A stretch of 64,000 nt of DNA from Candidatus Eiseniibacteriota bacterium (GCA_041946735.1 JBHGAY010000008.1:99891-163890); one strand, 5' to 3'. Positions 29,501 to 39,405 are shown, counted from the stretch's first letter. Translations and numbers: made by a program. Notes: generated by a model not told the origin, from the sequence alone.

Positions 29501-30082
29501 CTACCAACCGGCCCTCCCCGCGGCGTATCGCGAGAAGTGGGGGAGATCCACCCACAGCAGCATGGCACCTGCGTCGAAGGTGCCGTGAATGTCCACCCAT
29601 TCGTTCGCCTGTTCGTCGAGCCAGTAGATCGTGGCCCGCGTATGGGCGTTCGCGGTCGAACGCGTCAGGTCGATCGTCAACCTGACCGGCGTCTGGAAGA
29701 CGAGTCCATGGGGGAGAAGCTCGCACATCACGTACCCGCTCTCCTCGCGCGCGATGAGAGTGACAGGCATGTCACGAGGAAGAGCGCCCGGCGGAACCGT
29801 GAGTTGATAGCGCCCGACCTGCAGAGTTCCGCCGGCACCGGACTGGAAGTAGAGCGTCTGCGCCGGCGGGGAGGACTGCGGTCCCGGGACGTCAGGCTTC
29901 CCAGGCGCCCCGTTTCTGCCGTGGCCCTCGGCTGCCGGCGAGGGGTTGCCTGTCGATCCGAGGCGAATCAGCCCGTCGTCGGCAGCGGCGGTCGGATTCT
30001 GGGCGTCCCGGCCGCAAGAGGCCGCGAGCAGGACGAGCAGGACGAGGAGCGTGGGCGGGGCGTATCGCCGGAACCGTTGCAT
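29501..30082 (-). CDS. Lipoprotein with ZU5-like domain
   Basis: Lipobox LAASC; 'LTVPPGAL', 'PHGLVF.TPV.L', 'HFSRYA'. Confidence 0.7.
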   Translation of the reverse strand: MQRFRRYAPPTLLVLLVLLAASCGRDAQNPTAAADDGLIRLGSTGNPSPAAEGHGRNGAPGKPDVPGPQSSPPAQTLYFQSGAGGTLQVGRYQLTVPPGALPRDMPVTLIAREESGYVMCELLPHGLVFQTPVRLTIDLTRSTANAHTRATIYWLDEQANEWVDIHGTFDAGAMLLWVDLPHFSRYAAGRAGW

Positions 30083-30124
30083 GGAAGCACCCCCTTTGTG
30101 TTCGATTTCGCATGCGTTTCGTGA

Positions 30125-30140
30125 TGCAAGACCGATGCCA
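30125..30140 (-). promoter_or_regulatory. Sigma54 -24/-12 promoter
   Basis: Minus strand TGGCATCGGTCTTGCA, near-consensus, ~43 bp upstream of ATG 30082. Confidence 0.75.
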
Positions 30141-30398
30141 CGAGTCAATAGTGTCGTTTTCGTTGATTACCTGAATCGGGCCGGGGGCTTCCTCTCCCCG
30201 AAGGCGGCGGGGAGCGTCCGTCGTCTGCTTTCTCCTGGGCGCTAGACGACTTGCCTCCACACGGCTGCGGCTGTGGGTGGCCGAGATACGCCGAAGTGGG
30301 AATTCCAGCCCTATCTATCCTGCCCGCAGGCCAGGGTGTACGCTCCGCCGGAAACGACGTGAAACCCGGCCGAGACCCATGCCGAGCAAGGAGATCCG

Positions 30399-31661
30399 AT
30401 GATTCGAACGAGGCCGTGGCGCATCCGGCTCCGGTGCGCCGCCCCCCTCCCGCTGCAGCTGTTCGGGCTCGCTGTGCTGCTGGCTGCGCTCCCGCTTGGA
30501 TGCTCCGAGGACGAGACCCCTCTGGGATTCGACGAGGGGCCCCGGGGCCCTGCGGTCCAGCTTCCGGAGACGCTTCTGGTTTCTCCCCCGGTGGCCGACG
30601 TCGGCTGGCGGCCGGACTTCCGTACCGGGGCCGCGCTTCGAATCTTCGCGGGCAAGGACGAGGAGATGAAGGCTCGCGCGCTCGTGCGCTTCGGCTCGAT
30701 CCCCGACACCACCGGCGCGCGCAGGGCCTACGTTCGCTTCTATGCCGAGCAAGGAAGGGGGGACACCCTCTCTCTGGCGGCCCGTCAAGTCACCTCCGCC
30801 TGGAACGCGGACGACGTCACTGCCGCCGCCCCCCCGGAGACCACGACGGCCGTCGATCCACTGGGAGTCGTCACCGGCGTTCCGACCGGCTCGATCCCGA
30901 TCAATGTGCACGTCCCTCTCTCCGACATCGAGATTCCGCTCTCCCTGATCCGGGAGTGGAAGAGCGATCCCGCCTCGAACAATGGATTGCAGATTTCACG
31001 GATTTCCGGGACGGGCATTGCAGCGTTGGTGTCCCACAACGATCTGATCTACGACGAGAACGGAGTCAGAATCTTGACTCCGCTGCTCGTTCTCGAGATC
31101 GGGGAGACTCCGGTGCTCCGGAGCGCCCTGGCGACGGAAGACGCTTACATCGTCGAGGACCTGAGGCCGCCCATCGCGGGCGATGACTCTACAGCGGCCA
31201 TCGGAGCGGGAAACATCCAGCGCTTCCTCCTCCGGTTCGACATCTCGGCTGTTCCGGAGAACGCGTCGATCGCGCGGAGCACGCTCGCGCTCTATCTCAC
31301 CTCCGGCATTCTCTCCGAGAACACTCCGATTCAACTCGCCGTGAACCCTGTCCGCGAGTCGTGGCAGGAGCCCGGGCCGGGCGAAGAGGCCCCCGATAGC
31401 CTCCTGCTCGGCAGCGCGGTCACTACGGCGACCTTCGAGGGGACGGAGGACGGCTGGCTGTTCCTGGAGGTCGGAGGTCTCGTACAAGCGTGGACCACCG
31501 GGCTCGAGAACGACGGCCTCTCGGTGCGCGTCGTCGGCGAGACGTCGTCGGCGAAGGAGATCTACGTCGCGACCTCCGAGGCGACAGTGCCCGAGCACAG
31601 GCCTCGGTTGACGATCGTCTACGTCCGGCCGCCCGAGCCTCGATGGAAGGAGGCGCCATGA
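30399..31661 (+). CDS. Lipoprotein with tandem DNRLRE-like beta-sandwich domains
   Basis: Lipobox LPLGC; 'DAYI...RFLLRFDIS..P.NASI', 'LVQAW....NDGL', 'RPRLTI.Y'. Confidence 0.7.
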   Translation: MIRTRPWRIRLRCAAPLPLQLFGLAVLLAALPLGCSEDETPLGFDEGPRGPAVQLPETLLVSPPVADVGWRPDFRTGAALRIFAGKDEEMKARALVRFGSIPDTTGARRAYVRFYAEQGRGDTLSLAARQVTSAWNADDVTAAAPPETTTAVDPLGVVTGVPTGSIPINVHVPLSDIEIPLSLIREWKSDPASNNGLQISRISGTGIAALVSHNDLIYDENGVRILTPLLVLEIGETPVLRSALATEDAYIVEDLRPPIAGDDSTAAIGAGNIQRFLLRFDISAVPENASIARSTLALYLTSGILSENTPIQLAVNPVRESWQEPGPGEEAPDSLLLGSAVTTATFEGTEDGWLFLEVGGLVQAWTTGLENDGLSVRVVGETSSAKEIYVATSEATVPEHRPRLTIVYVRPPEPRWKEAP

Positions 31662-32995
31662 TCTGGTGGTGGGACCAACGCTGCCCGGGCCGCATCGCCG
31701 TTCTCCGGGGACGCCGCGCCGTCTTTTGCGGCCCCACCGCAGGCGTGCTTCGCCGCCCTCCTCGCGCCCTGTCTGCCCTCCTGCTCCTCGCGGGCTCGCT
31801 GGTCTTCGCCGGCGCGTGGCCGGCGGCTCCCGCATCGGCGACTGTCTTCTCCAGGGACGGCTGGGGCTGGTGGTGGTATTCCGGTGATCCAGCCGCGCGG
31901 GGTCGCGGCGGCACGGAGATCGCGGTCACGGGCTACGGCGTGACCGGCGAGCTGAATCCTGCCGCGATCGGGCTCTCGGACATCCCGTACGGGTACGCTT
32001 CGTACGCCGGCGAGGTGGACAACGCCAAGGCGAGAGGCGATGGCGCCACCTTCCGGCAGCGGTCGGACCTGTTGCCGCACTTCGGCGGGGTCGCGCGACT
32101 TCCGCGCGGCCTGCGCGCGGGAGCCGCGTTCCTTACCGTCACCGACGCATCGTTCGACCGCGTCCAGCGGATCGGGGGCGAGCAGGCCGATGCTTTCGAT
32201 TTCGAGACGAAGGGCAGCGGAGGATGGAACGGCGTCCGCCTGTCTCTCGCCGGCCCGGCGTTCGAGCGCAAGCTGCTGTGGGGTGCAACGATCGGCCGCA
32301 TCCAAGGGACCGTGAAAGAGCAGTGGCGCTACGACTTCGTCGAGTCGAGCGCGACCGATCTTCGCCAGGTCCTCGAAGGGCGCCTGGACGGCGCCTGGCG
32401 TCTCACTGCCGGCTTGATCGCCCGGCCTCATGAGCGCATCGCGGCCGGGGCTTTCGTCACGCCTGAAACCTCGTCGGACATGGAGCAGGTCGTGACGGTC
32501 GTCGAAGGCGCCAAAGAGCAGGTGACGACGCGCGGCAAACAGGAGATCCCTGGGCAGTGGGGCCTCGGAGGGCACGCCGCTTTGACCGGCAGGCTGGCGG
32601 TATCGGCCGACTTCGTTCGGACGCTCTGGGGGGAGGCGGCATTGCGGCTCGATCCCGATCGCAGCCGGAAGAGCTTCCCCTATTTCGATACGAGCCGCTT
32701 CGGGATCGGACTGGAGTACACCGCGGCGCGCAGCGAGGAGCAGCCTCTCCCCCGCTGGGTGGTCCGGGGCGGATACGCGCAGGACGAGTACTACGTCCGC
32801 ACGACCGGCGGAGAGAAGGTGCGGGAGCGGGCCGTGACCCTCGGAGCGGGGGCGCGCACCGCTGCCGGACGAGCTGCCATCGATCTCTCGCTCGAACTCG
32901 GCAAGCGCGGCGACCGGTCGAAGGTGGGCGTGGAGGAGTCCTTCACCCGCATCCTGCTGGGAGTGACCTTCTCGAGCGTGGTGCGCGAGTATTGA
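31658..32995 (+). CDS. FadL/PorV-like outer-membrane beta-barrel protein
   Basis: 'AARGRGG..IA...NPAAIG' N-terminal plug-like motif, amphipathic strands; start uncertain. Confidence 0.65.
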   Translation: MIWWWDQRCPGRIAVLRGRRAVFCGPTAGVLRRPPRALSALLLLAGSLVFAGAWPAAPASATVFSRDGWGWWWYSGDPAARGRGGTEIAVTGYGVTGELNPAAIGLSDIPYGYASYAGEVDNAKARGDGATFRQRSDLLPHFGGVARLPRGLRAGAAFLTVTDASFDRVQRIGGEQADAFDFETKGSGGWNGVRLSLAGPAFERKLLWGATIGRIQGTVKEQWRYDFVESSATDLRQVLEGRLDGAWRLTAGLIARPHERIAAGAFVTPETSSDMEQVVTVVEGAKEQVTTRGKQEIPGQWGLGGHAALTGRLAVSADFVRTLWGEAALRLDPDRSRKSFPYFDTSRFGIGLEYTAARSEEQPLPRWVVRGGYAQDEYYVRTTGGEKVRERAVTLGAGARTAAGRAAIDLSLELGKRGDRSKVGVEESFTRILLGVTFSSVVREY

Positions 32996-33011
32996 TCCGT
33001 CGGTGCCCGCG

Positions 33012-33806
33012 TCATCCGATCTTGTAGAAGTCCGGGCGTCGTCCGAGCAGCAGATGATTGCGGGGCGTCGCGTGCTTCTCGTCCGCCTCTGCAGGATCGA
33101 TGTCGACGGCGATCGCGGCAGGCTCCGCGCCGGGCGCGTCCGCCAGCACGGCGCCGCGCGGTCCCACGATCCGGCTCCCGCCGGTGAACTCGAGCCTGAC
33201 CCCTCCGCGCTCCTCGGCGCCGATCCGATTTGTGGTCACCGTGAAGACGCGGTTCTCGAGCGCGCGCGTTACCATCGCCGATTGGCAGAACGGCAGGACC
33301 AGGTTCGAGGGGTGAGCGATCACCTGCGCGCCGAGCAGGGTCAGGGTGCGAGCCGCTTCGGGGTAGATCCAGTCGAAGCAGATCATCATCCCGACGCGCG
33401 CGCCTCGCAGATCGACCACCGAGAAAGGCAGATCCCCGCTGTCGAACCAGAGGACTTCGCGGTCGAAGAGGTGCACCTTGCGATAGATGCCGCGAATGCC
33501 GGTGGCGTCTACGGCGATTGATGCGTTGTAGATCCGGCCCGACGGCGCTCGCTCCGCGATGCCGGCGACGAAGGCGGCGTCGAGGCGGCCGGCCAGGTCG
33601 ATGAGAGCGCGCGCCGTTGGCCCTTGGGGAACGGGTTCGGCGAGGCGCTCGAGCGTCTCCCGATTGCCGAAGAGGTAGCCGGTCGAGAACAGCTCGGGGA
33701 GCACCCAGAGATCCGCCCGCCGCTGGCCGATCGCCTCTTTGACGAGACGCACGTTCGCTTCCGCGTCTCCGAAAACCGGCTGGATCTGGACCACCCCGAC
33801 TCGCAT
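33012..33806 (-). CDS. Carbon-nitrogen hydrolase (nitrilase superfamily)
   Basis: E-K-C triad: 'LPEL', 'YRKVHL', 'ICFD'. Confidence 0.92.
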   Translation of the reverse strand: MRVGVVQIQPVFGDAEANVRLVKEAIGQRRADLWVLPELFSTGYLFGNRETLERLAEPVPQGPTARALIDLAGRLDAAFVAGIAERAPSGRIYNASIAVDATGIRGIYRKVHLFDREVLWFDSGDLPFSVVDLRGARVGMMICFDWIYPEAARTLTLLGAQVIAHPSNLVLPFCQSAMVTRALENRVFTVTTNRIGAEERGGVRLEFTGGSRIVGPRGAVLADAPGAEPAAIAVDIDPAEADEKHATPRNHLLLGRRPDFYKIG

Positions 33807-33909
33807 GGCCGTGACCGTAGCGAGGATCCGGCCTGTCGCGCAACCGGGCATGGCAAGATCGATGGTTTTCTTCCCGCCTTTCACCGCCGGATGGTTCAAT
33901 GAGGATTCG

Positions 33910-34383
33910 ATGGGGACGCAACAGCAGCCGCCGAGCGACGAGCGGCCGGAGGCCGGTCAGGCTGCGCCGATGGAGCCGGACGAGGACGGGGCGATCGTCC
34001 TCGGGCCCTCGGACACGCTGGACCTGCATCCGTTCCGCCCCCGGGACATCGCCTCGGTCGTCGTGGAGTTCCTCGCGCAAGCGATGGAATCGGGCTTCAC
34101 CCGGGTTCGGCTCATCCACGGCAAAGGGATCGGGGTGCAGCGCGAGACGGTGCGGCAGATCCTGGAACGCGACCCGAACGTGCTCTCCTTCGGCGACGCG
34201 GACGACGCGTCCGGTTGGGGAGCGACGATCGCGGTCCTGAGGCCGTGGGACCCCACCACGACGGGCGGGAGTCTGCCATCGCCCGGGGCGGCTGCGCGCC
34301 CGCGAAACACGCAGTCCTCCACAGGGAGGACCGCAGGTCACCCAACGAGCGAACGAGACGAAGGGAGAATCGAGGGAACATGA
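33910..34383 (+). CDS. Stand-alone Smr domain protein
   Basis: 'LDLH', 'IHGKG.G', 'GWGAT'. Confidence 0.85.
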   Translation: MGTQQQPPSDERPEAGQAAPMEPDEDGAIVLGPSDTLDLHPFRPRDIASVVVEFLAQAMESGFTRVRLIHGKGIGVQRETVRQILERDPNVLSFGDADDASGWGATIAVLRPWDPTTTGGSLPSPGAAARPRNTQSSTGRTAGHPTSERDEGRIEGT

Positions 34384-35339
34384 ACGGACCGCCCCCGGAT
34401 CTTTCGCGCGAGCCGGTCGGCTTTCTCGGTCTCGGCATGATGGGATTCCGGATGGCGAGCCGGCTTCTCGATCAGGGAGTCCCGCTCGTCGTATACAACC
34501 GCACGCCGGAGAAGGCGGAACCGCTGCTCGAGAGGGGAGCGAAGCTCGCCCGCACACCACGGGAGGCGGCTGTCGGCTGCACGGTGACGATCAGCATGGT
34601 CTTCGACGGGGACGCGGTGCAGGACCTGCTGGCCGGGGACGGGGCGGGAACCGGTCTCCTCGAAGCGCTCGAGCCGGGGCGCATCCACGTCGACATGAGC
34701 ACGGTGGGTCCGATCGCCAGCCGCGCGATCGCCGGCACGGTCCAGGCGACCGGCGCCTCATTCCTGGACGTTCCCGTTCTTGGGAGCCTCCTTCCGGCGG
34801 AGAGGGGAGAGCTGCTGCTGATGGCGGGAGGCGATCCGAAGGATCTCGACCGAGTCCGCCCCATCCTCGATCTCCTCGGCCGCCGGGTGTTCCATTGCGG
34901 CCCCGCCGGCCAGGGAAACGCGCTGAAGATCGTCGCGAACATGATGCTCGCCCGGATGGCGGAGGCGATCGGAGAAGCGCTCGCGCTCGGGACTCGTCAG
35001 GGACTGTCCGGCGCGACCGTCCTCGACCTGCTCGACGCCGGCTCCCTCGCGTCGCCGATGTGGCAGAAGGGCCGTGTCGTCCTGTACGGGGATCCGCCCG
35101 TGCACTTCCCCGTCGACTCGATGCGGAAGGATCTCCGACTGGTCACGGAGGCGGCCGAGGACCTCGACTTGGAGCTGCCGGTGCATGAGGCGGTGCGGTC
35201 TCTGTATGAGAGGGTCGGCGAGGAATCCGAGGCCGGCGATCGCGACTACTCTTGGGTCGCACGCTGGCTTCTCCTGCGGCGGACGGTGCCGGATCCGCCT
35301 GGTCCCCCTCGCCCGCCCACGTTGCCGCCCCTCGGCTAG
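34380..35339 (+). CDS. NAD(P)-dependent beta-hydroxyacid dehydrogenase (3-hydroxyisobutyrate dehydrogenase family)
   Basis: 'GFLGLGMMG', 'DMST', 'LDVPVLG', 'LKIVAN', 'RKDL'. Confidence 0.9.
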   Translation: MNGPPPDLSREPVGFLGLGMMGFRMASRLLDQGVPLVVYNRTPEKAEPLLERGAKLARTPREAAVGCTVTISMVFDGDAVQDLLAGDGAGTGLLEALEPGRIHVDMSTVGPIASRAIAGTVQATGASFLDVPVLGSLLPAERGELLLMAGGDPKDLDRVRPILDLLGRRVFHCGPAGQGNALKIVANMMLARMAEAIGEALALGTRQGLSGATVLDLLDAGSLASPMWQKGRVVLYGDPPVHFPVDSMRKDLRLVTEAAEDLDLELPVHEAVRSLYERVGEESEAGDRDYSWVARWLLLRRTVPDPPGPPRPPTLPPLG

Positions 35340-35711
35340 GCCGGGAAGGGACCGCTCGGCCGCCTTGCCGGACGCAAAAGCTTCGCTCATCCCAACCGCT
35401 TGTCGTACCGATCGCAGATTATAGATGTTGGCGCGGAACGGGGGGCGATGCTAGGCTGGATCACGAGTGGATCGACACGGCGGTGAGAAGGTAACCCGAT
35501 ACTCCCTTTCCGGTTGCCGTCCTCCTCGCCAGGGGTCGGGCATGGGTGGGTGGGGCATGTCGGATCGAGATCACCACTACAGGCTCCTTCGCAATCCACG
35601 GCCCTCGCAGCGAGTCGATGGACTGCCGCGCCTCCGACCCGGGGGCGCTTCCTCCATGCGCTCCGCCGCGCTTCACGCCTCCCTCGATACGCCCCGCTCC
35701 TGCGCGCGCTC

Positions 35712-35743
35712 ACCCTTCGGTCTCCGGCCGGAGGGTTTCTTCT
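35712..35743 (+). terminator. Intrinsic terminator-like hairpin just upstream of the redox operon
   Basis: ACCCTTCGG-7nt-CCGGAGGGT followed by TTCTTCT. Confidence 0.5.
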
Positions 35744-35786
35744 CCGCGATCCGAGCGGCCCGCGAGGGCCGGAGGGACGAGCCACG

Positions 35787-36317
35787 ATGACAGCGAATCC
35801 GCAGCACCGGTTCGAAATGGTCAACGTCCGTCCCGGGTACGTGATCGTGGAGCACGACCTCTTCTCGAGCGCGGTCCGCTCCTACTTCACGACGGAGGCG
35901 CTCCCTCCCCGGGAGGAGTATCGCGAGGGGAACCGCACCTGGCGCTCGGCGGGCGTCGGTCAGTCATTCCAGTTCGACGTCCGGGACAACCATACGGGGG
36001 AGATCGTTTCTTACCGGGAGATGCTCGGGCTGCTCTACTACGGATCGACGAAGCCGGATACCGATCTCCATCAGATCGGAGACCTCGCTCACGAGAACCG
36101 GATCTCCGTGTACGTCGCGGTCACCTACGAAGGGCCGGACGGCACATGCCGCAATCTTTCTCGCGAGAAGCTCGTCATCCTGAATCGAATGTTCAACGAA
36201 AGGCTACGCAGCAAAGAGAAGAAGATCCTGATCCTCCCGGACCTCTTCGGTGTCCAGGAGACGATGTCGTACGGAGAGGTCATGATCGACTTCGGTCTGA
36301 CGGCGATGGAGGAGTAG
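35787..36317 (+). CDS. Hypothetical protein, first gene of the redox operon
   Basis: GGAGGG RBS, protein-like composition, no recognisable motif. Confidence 0.75.
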   Translation: MTANPQHRFEMVNVRPGYVIVEHDLFSSAVRSYFTTEALPPREEYREGNRTWRSAGVGQSFQFDVRDNHTGEIVSYREMLGLLYYGSTKPDTDLHQIGDLAHENRISVYVAVTYEGPDGTCRNLSREKLVILNRMFNERLRSKEKKILILPDLFGVQETMSYGEVMIDFGLTAMEE

Positions 36318-36342
36318 GCGGATCGCCGAGAAGGAGTCTGAT

Positions 36343-36672
36343 GTGAACACGCGTGAACTGGCGGAGAAGCTCGAGCTGAAGACGATCACGAAGGAGTTCG
36401 AGCACGACATCAGCGGCGTCTACATCTCGGACATGGTCAGCGACGTGATCGCCAACGCGAAGGCGGGCAACCTCCTGGTTACGGTCCAGATCCACTCCAA
36501 CGTGATCGCGGCCGCGAACCTGGTCGACCTGTGCGGGATCGTCGTCACCCAGGGGAAGATGCCGGCGGACGACGTCGTGAGGATGGCCGAGAAGGCGGAG
36601 ATCCCGATCTTCGCGACCGGCCTGAACCGCTGGCAGGTCGCGACGAAGCTCTACGAAGCGGGAGTGAGGTAG
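36343..36672 (+). CDS. DRTGG/HPr-kinase N-terminal-like domain protein
   Basis: 'YISDMVSDVI', 'NVIAAA', 'IPIF.T'. Confidence 0.85.
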   Translation: MNTRELAEKLELKTITKEFEHDISGVYISDMVSDVIANAKAGNLLVTVQIHSNVIAAANLVDLCGIVVTQGKMPADDVVRMAEKAEIPIFATGLNRWQVATKLYEAGVR

Positions 36673-36703
36673 GCGTCCCCAGGGGCGGCCGGCAGGAGCC
36701 CGG

Positions 36704-37066
36704 ATGACGATCGAACAGCTGAAGCGGCTCCTCGCCTGCGAGTGGATCGCCGGGCCGGAGGCCGACGGCGACGAGGAGATCGTGACCTGCTATGCGGCCG
36801 ATCTCATGAGCGATGTCCTCGCCTTCTCCACCCCCCGGGCTCTCCTGCTCACCGGACTCACCAGCATCCAATCGGTCCACACAGCCGACATCGCGGACAT
36901 GGCTGCCGTCGTCTTCATCTCCGGCAAGCGTCCCGACTCCGCGGTCGTCTCCCTCGCCGATCAAAAGGGCATCCCGATCCTGACGACCGGCCTGACGATG
37001 TTCGAGGCATGCGGGCTGCTTCACCGCGCCGGGCTCGAGCCGGCGAGCAAGAAGCACGAGTCGTAA
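36704..37066 (+). CDS. DRTGG domain protein
   Basis: 'ADLMSDVL', 'LLLTGL', 'GK.P', 'MFEACG.L'. Confidence 0.88.
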   Translation: MTIEQLKRLLACEWIAGPEADGDEEIVTCYAADLMSDVLAFSTPRALLLTGLTSIQSVHTADIADMAAVVFISGKRPDSAVVSLADQKGIPILTTGLTMFEACGLLHRAGLEPASKKHES

Positions 37067-37083
37067 TCGTGGCCGAAGGAGCG

Positions 37084-37509
37084 ATGGAAGAGGTCCTCTA
37101 CGCGGAGCGGTTCCGCGTCCGCGGCGACGACTACGAGCACGGCGGCGAGGTCGCAGCCAGGATCAAGGCGATCCTGAAGCAGTTCGGGCTCGCCTCCGAT
37201 GTGATCCGGAGGCTTTCGATCGCGAATTTCGAGGCCGAGATGAATGTGATCATGTACGCGGACGAGGCGGACGTCGATCTGGAGGTATTCGCCGACAAGG
37301 TGCGGGTGACGTTCGCCGATCGAGGCGGCGGAATCCCGGACGTCGAGCGCGCGATGCTGCCCGGGTTCTCCACGGCGACGCCGGAGATGCGAGCGCGAGG
37401 GTTTGGAGCCGGCTTGGGGCTGCCGAACATCAAGCGCAACAGCGACGAGTTCGAGATCCGCTCGACGGTTGGCGTCGGGACGCGGCTGCGCTACGCAGTC
37501 CGCCTGTAG
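37084..37509 (+). CDS. Anti-sigma-factor-type Ser/Thr kinase (HATPase_c, RsbT-like)
   Basis: 'EAEMNVIMYA', 'DRGGGIPD', 'GFGAGLGLPNIK'. Confidence 0.88.
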   Translation: MEEVLYAERFRVRGDDYEHGGEVAARIKAILKQFGLASDVIRRLSIANFEAEMNVIMYADEADVDLEVFADKVRVTFADRGGGIPDVERAMLPGFSTATPEMRARGFGAGLGLPNIKRNSDEFEIRSTVGVGTRLRYAVRL

Positions 37510-37605
37510 CTCGCGCATCCGGCGGGTTCGAGGGGCGGGTCGGTCACGGCGGCGCAAGAGCCCGGACCGGAGAAGGTGGATGGCAGGGAGGAGGGGAGCG
37601 GCGGG

Positions 37606-38907
37606 ATGTCGGTGGCTGAAGCGCCCGATCCATCGATCCTGATCGACCGGCAAGCCTGCATCGGCTGCGTGGCCTGCTGCCGCGCCTGTCCGACCAAGGC
37701 GATACGGGTCCGGGACGGTTTGGCCGTGATCAAGCGGGAGCTTTGCATCGATTGTGGGGAATGCATTCGCATCTGCCCGCAAGAAGCGGCCCGGGCGAAG
37801 ACCTCCTCCTCCGCGGCGCTCGAGAGGTTCCGCTACACGGTCGCCATGCCATCGCTGACCCTGTACGGGCAGTTCGGCCGCGACGTCGACCCCGGTCAGA
37901 TCCTCCGGGCGTTCACGCGGATCGGCTTCGACAGCAGCTACGACATCTCCTGGATGTGCGAGATGGTCGCCGGCGCGACCGACGCGCAGCTCGCCGAGTG
38001 CCGCGGTCCCTGGCCGAAGATCTCCGTCACCTGCCCCTCGATCGTGCGGCTCGTGCAGATCCGCTATCCCGACATGATCCCGCATCTGGTCCCGATCGAG
38101 TCGGCTCGGGAGCTTGCCGCGAAGATGCTGCGGCGCAAACTCTCGCTCAGCCTGCACCTCGATCCCAAGGAGATCGGCATCTTCTTCATCACCCCCTGCT
38201 CCGCGGTCATGAACTCGATCATGGACCCGGTTGGGCTCGAGCAGTCGCACCTCGACGGCGCCTTCTCGATCGCGGAGCTCTACGCCGATCTGAGGCGCGC
38301 GATCGATGCGATGCCGAAGCTCGAGGCGGAAGATCCGGTGAGCCCGCGAGGGCTGTTGTGGGCGATGGCGGGGGGAGAGATCGCCGGGATGCGCAACGCG
38401 AACAGCATGACCGTCAAGGGTGTGCAGGACGTCGAGTACGTCTTCGACCGGATGGAGTCGGGCAAGTTCCAGGCGGTCGACTTCATCGAGGCGTACATCT
38501 GTCCCGACGGCTGCGTGAGCGGCCCGCTGACGATCGAAGGACGCTACGCCGCCCAGCGCAACATCCTGCGGATCGGACGCCGCCTGTCCGGACAGAGCCG
38601 CGTGAAGGAGGAGCGGATTCGGAGCCTGATCCGGGACCACTTCTTCGACCTGGAAGAAGGGATCGCGGCGAGGCCCGTCCAGCGCCTCGCCAACGATCTC
38701 CGTACGGCGATCGCGGCGAAGCGGGAGCAGGACGAGATCCGCAGCCAGCTCCCGAAGAAGAACTGCGGGGCGTGCGGATCGCCCGATTGCGAGACGCTCG
38801 CCGAAGACGTCTGGCGAGGCGAGGCCCGGATGAACGACTGCCCGTTCCTTCGCATCCAGGCCTTCGAAGGGGATCGAAAGGCTCACGAGGAGAAGACCGA
38901 TGAGTAA
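37606..38907 (+). CDS. [FeFe]-hydrogenase-like putative sensory protein (2x[4Fe-4S], degenerate H-domain, C-terminal FeS domain)
   Basis: CIGCVAC/CIDCGEC; 'SVTCPS', 'TPCSAV', 'EAYICPDGCVSG'; C-terminal 'NCGACGSPDC...C'. Confidence 0.82.
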   Translation: MSVAEAPDPSILIDRQACIGCVACCRACPTKAIRVRDGLAVIKRELCIDCGECIRICPQEAARAKTSSSAALERFRYTVAMPSLTLYGQFGRDVDPGQILRAFTRIGFDSSYDISWMCEMVAGATDAQLAECRGPWPKISVTCPSIVRLVQIRYPDMIPHLVPIESARELAAKMLRRKLSLSLHLDPKEIGIFFITPCSAVMNSIMDPVGLEQSHLDGAFSIAELYADLRRAIDAMPKLEAEDPVSPRGLLWAMAGGEIAGMRNANSMTVKGVQDVEYVFDRMESGKFQAVDFIEAYICPDGCVSGPLTIEGRYAAQRNILRIGRRLSGQSRVKEERIRSLIRDHFFDLEEGIAARPVQRLANDLRTAIAAKREQDEIRSQLPKKNCGACGSPDCETLAEDVWRGEARMNDCPFLRIQAFEGDRKAHEEKTDE

Positions 38908-39301
38908 GCACATGCTCGTCCTGCAGCTCTGCTGTCCCCAGTGCGGATCGACGCTCACGGACGGCACGAAGGTTCGCCTCGACGCGCACATGAAGGAGTC
39001 GCATCAGGACGGCGAGATGACTCTGAGCGCGGTCTTCGGGGACTACAGCATCGAGACCGACCTCGCTTTGACTGAAGGAGCGACGATCGAGTTCCGGTGC
39101 CCGAAGTGCGATGCGAGCATCATGCTGCCGGTGACCTGCAAACTCTGCGGCGCGCCGATGGCGTCTCTGAACCTGAAGACGGGCGGATACCTCGAGTTCT
39201 GCTCCCGTTACGGATGCAAGGCGCATGCGATCGGCGGTGTTGGGGACATCGACGAGATGATGAGCCTGATGAACAAGATGTTCGACACTCCCTACGACTA
39301 G
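38900..39301 (+). CDS. Cys-rich (zinc-ribbon/FeS-like) hypothetical protein
   Basis: CCPQC, CPKC, CKLC, CSRYGCKAH. Confidence 0.8.
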   Translation: MSKHMLVLQLCCPQCGSTLTDGTKVRLDAHMKESHQDGEMTLSAVFGDYSIETDLALTEGATIEFRCPKCDASIMLPVTCKLCGAPMASLNLKTGGYLEFCSRYGCKAHAIGGVGDIDEMMSLMNKMFDTPYD

Positions 39302-39405
39302 CGGGCGGAACGGACTCCGGAAGCGGTCGGCGCGATCGCGCCGCCTGGAGTTTTCCCAGAGGACGCCGGTCCGGTCGAAGGTCCCATCGAAGGAGCGTGG
39401 AAGTC

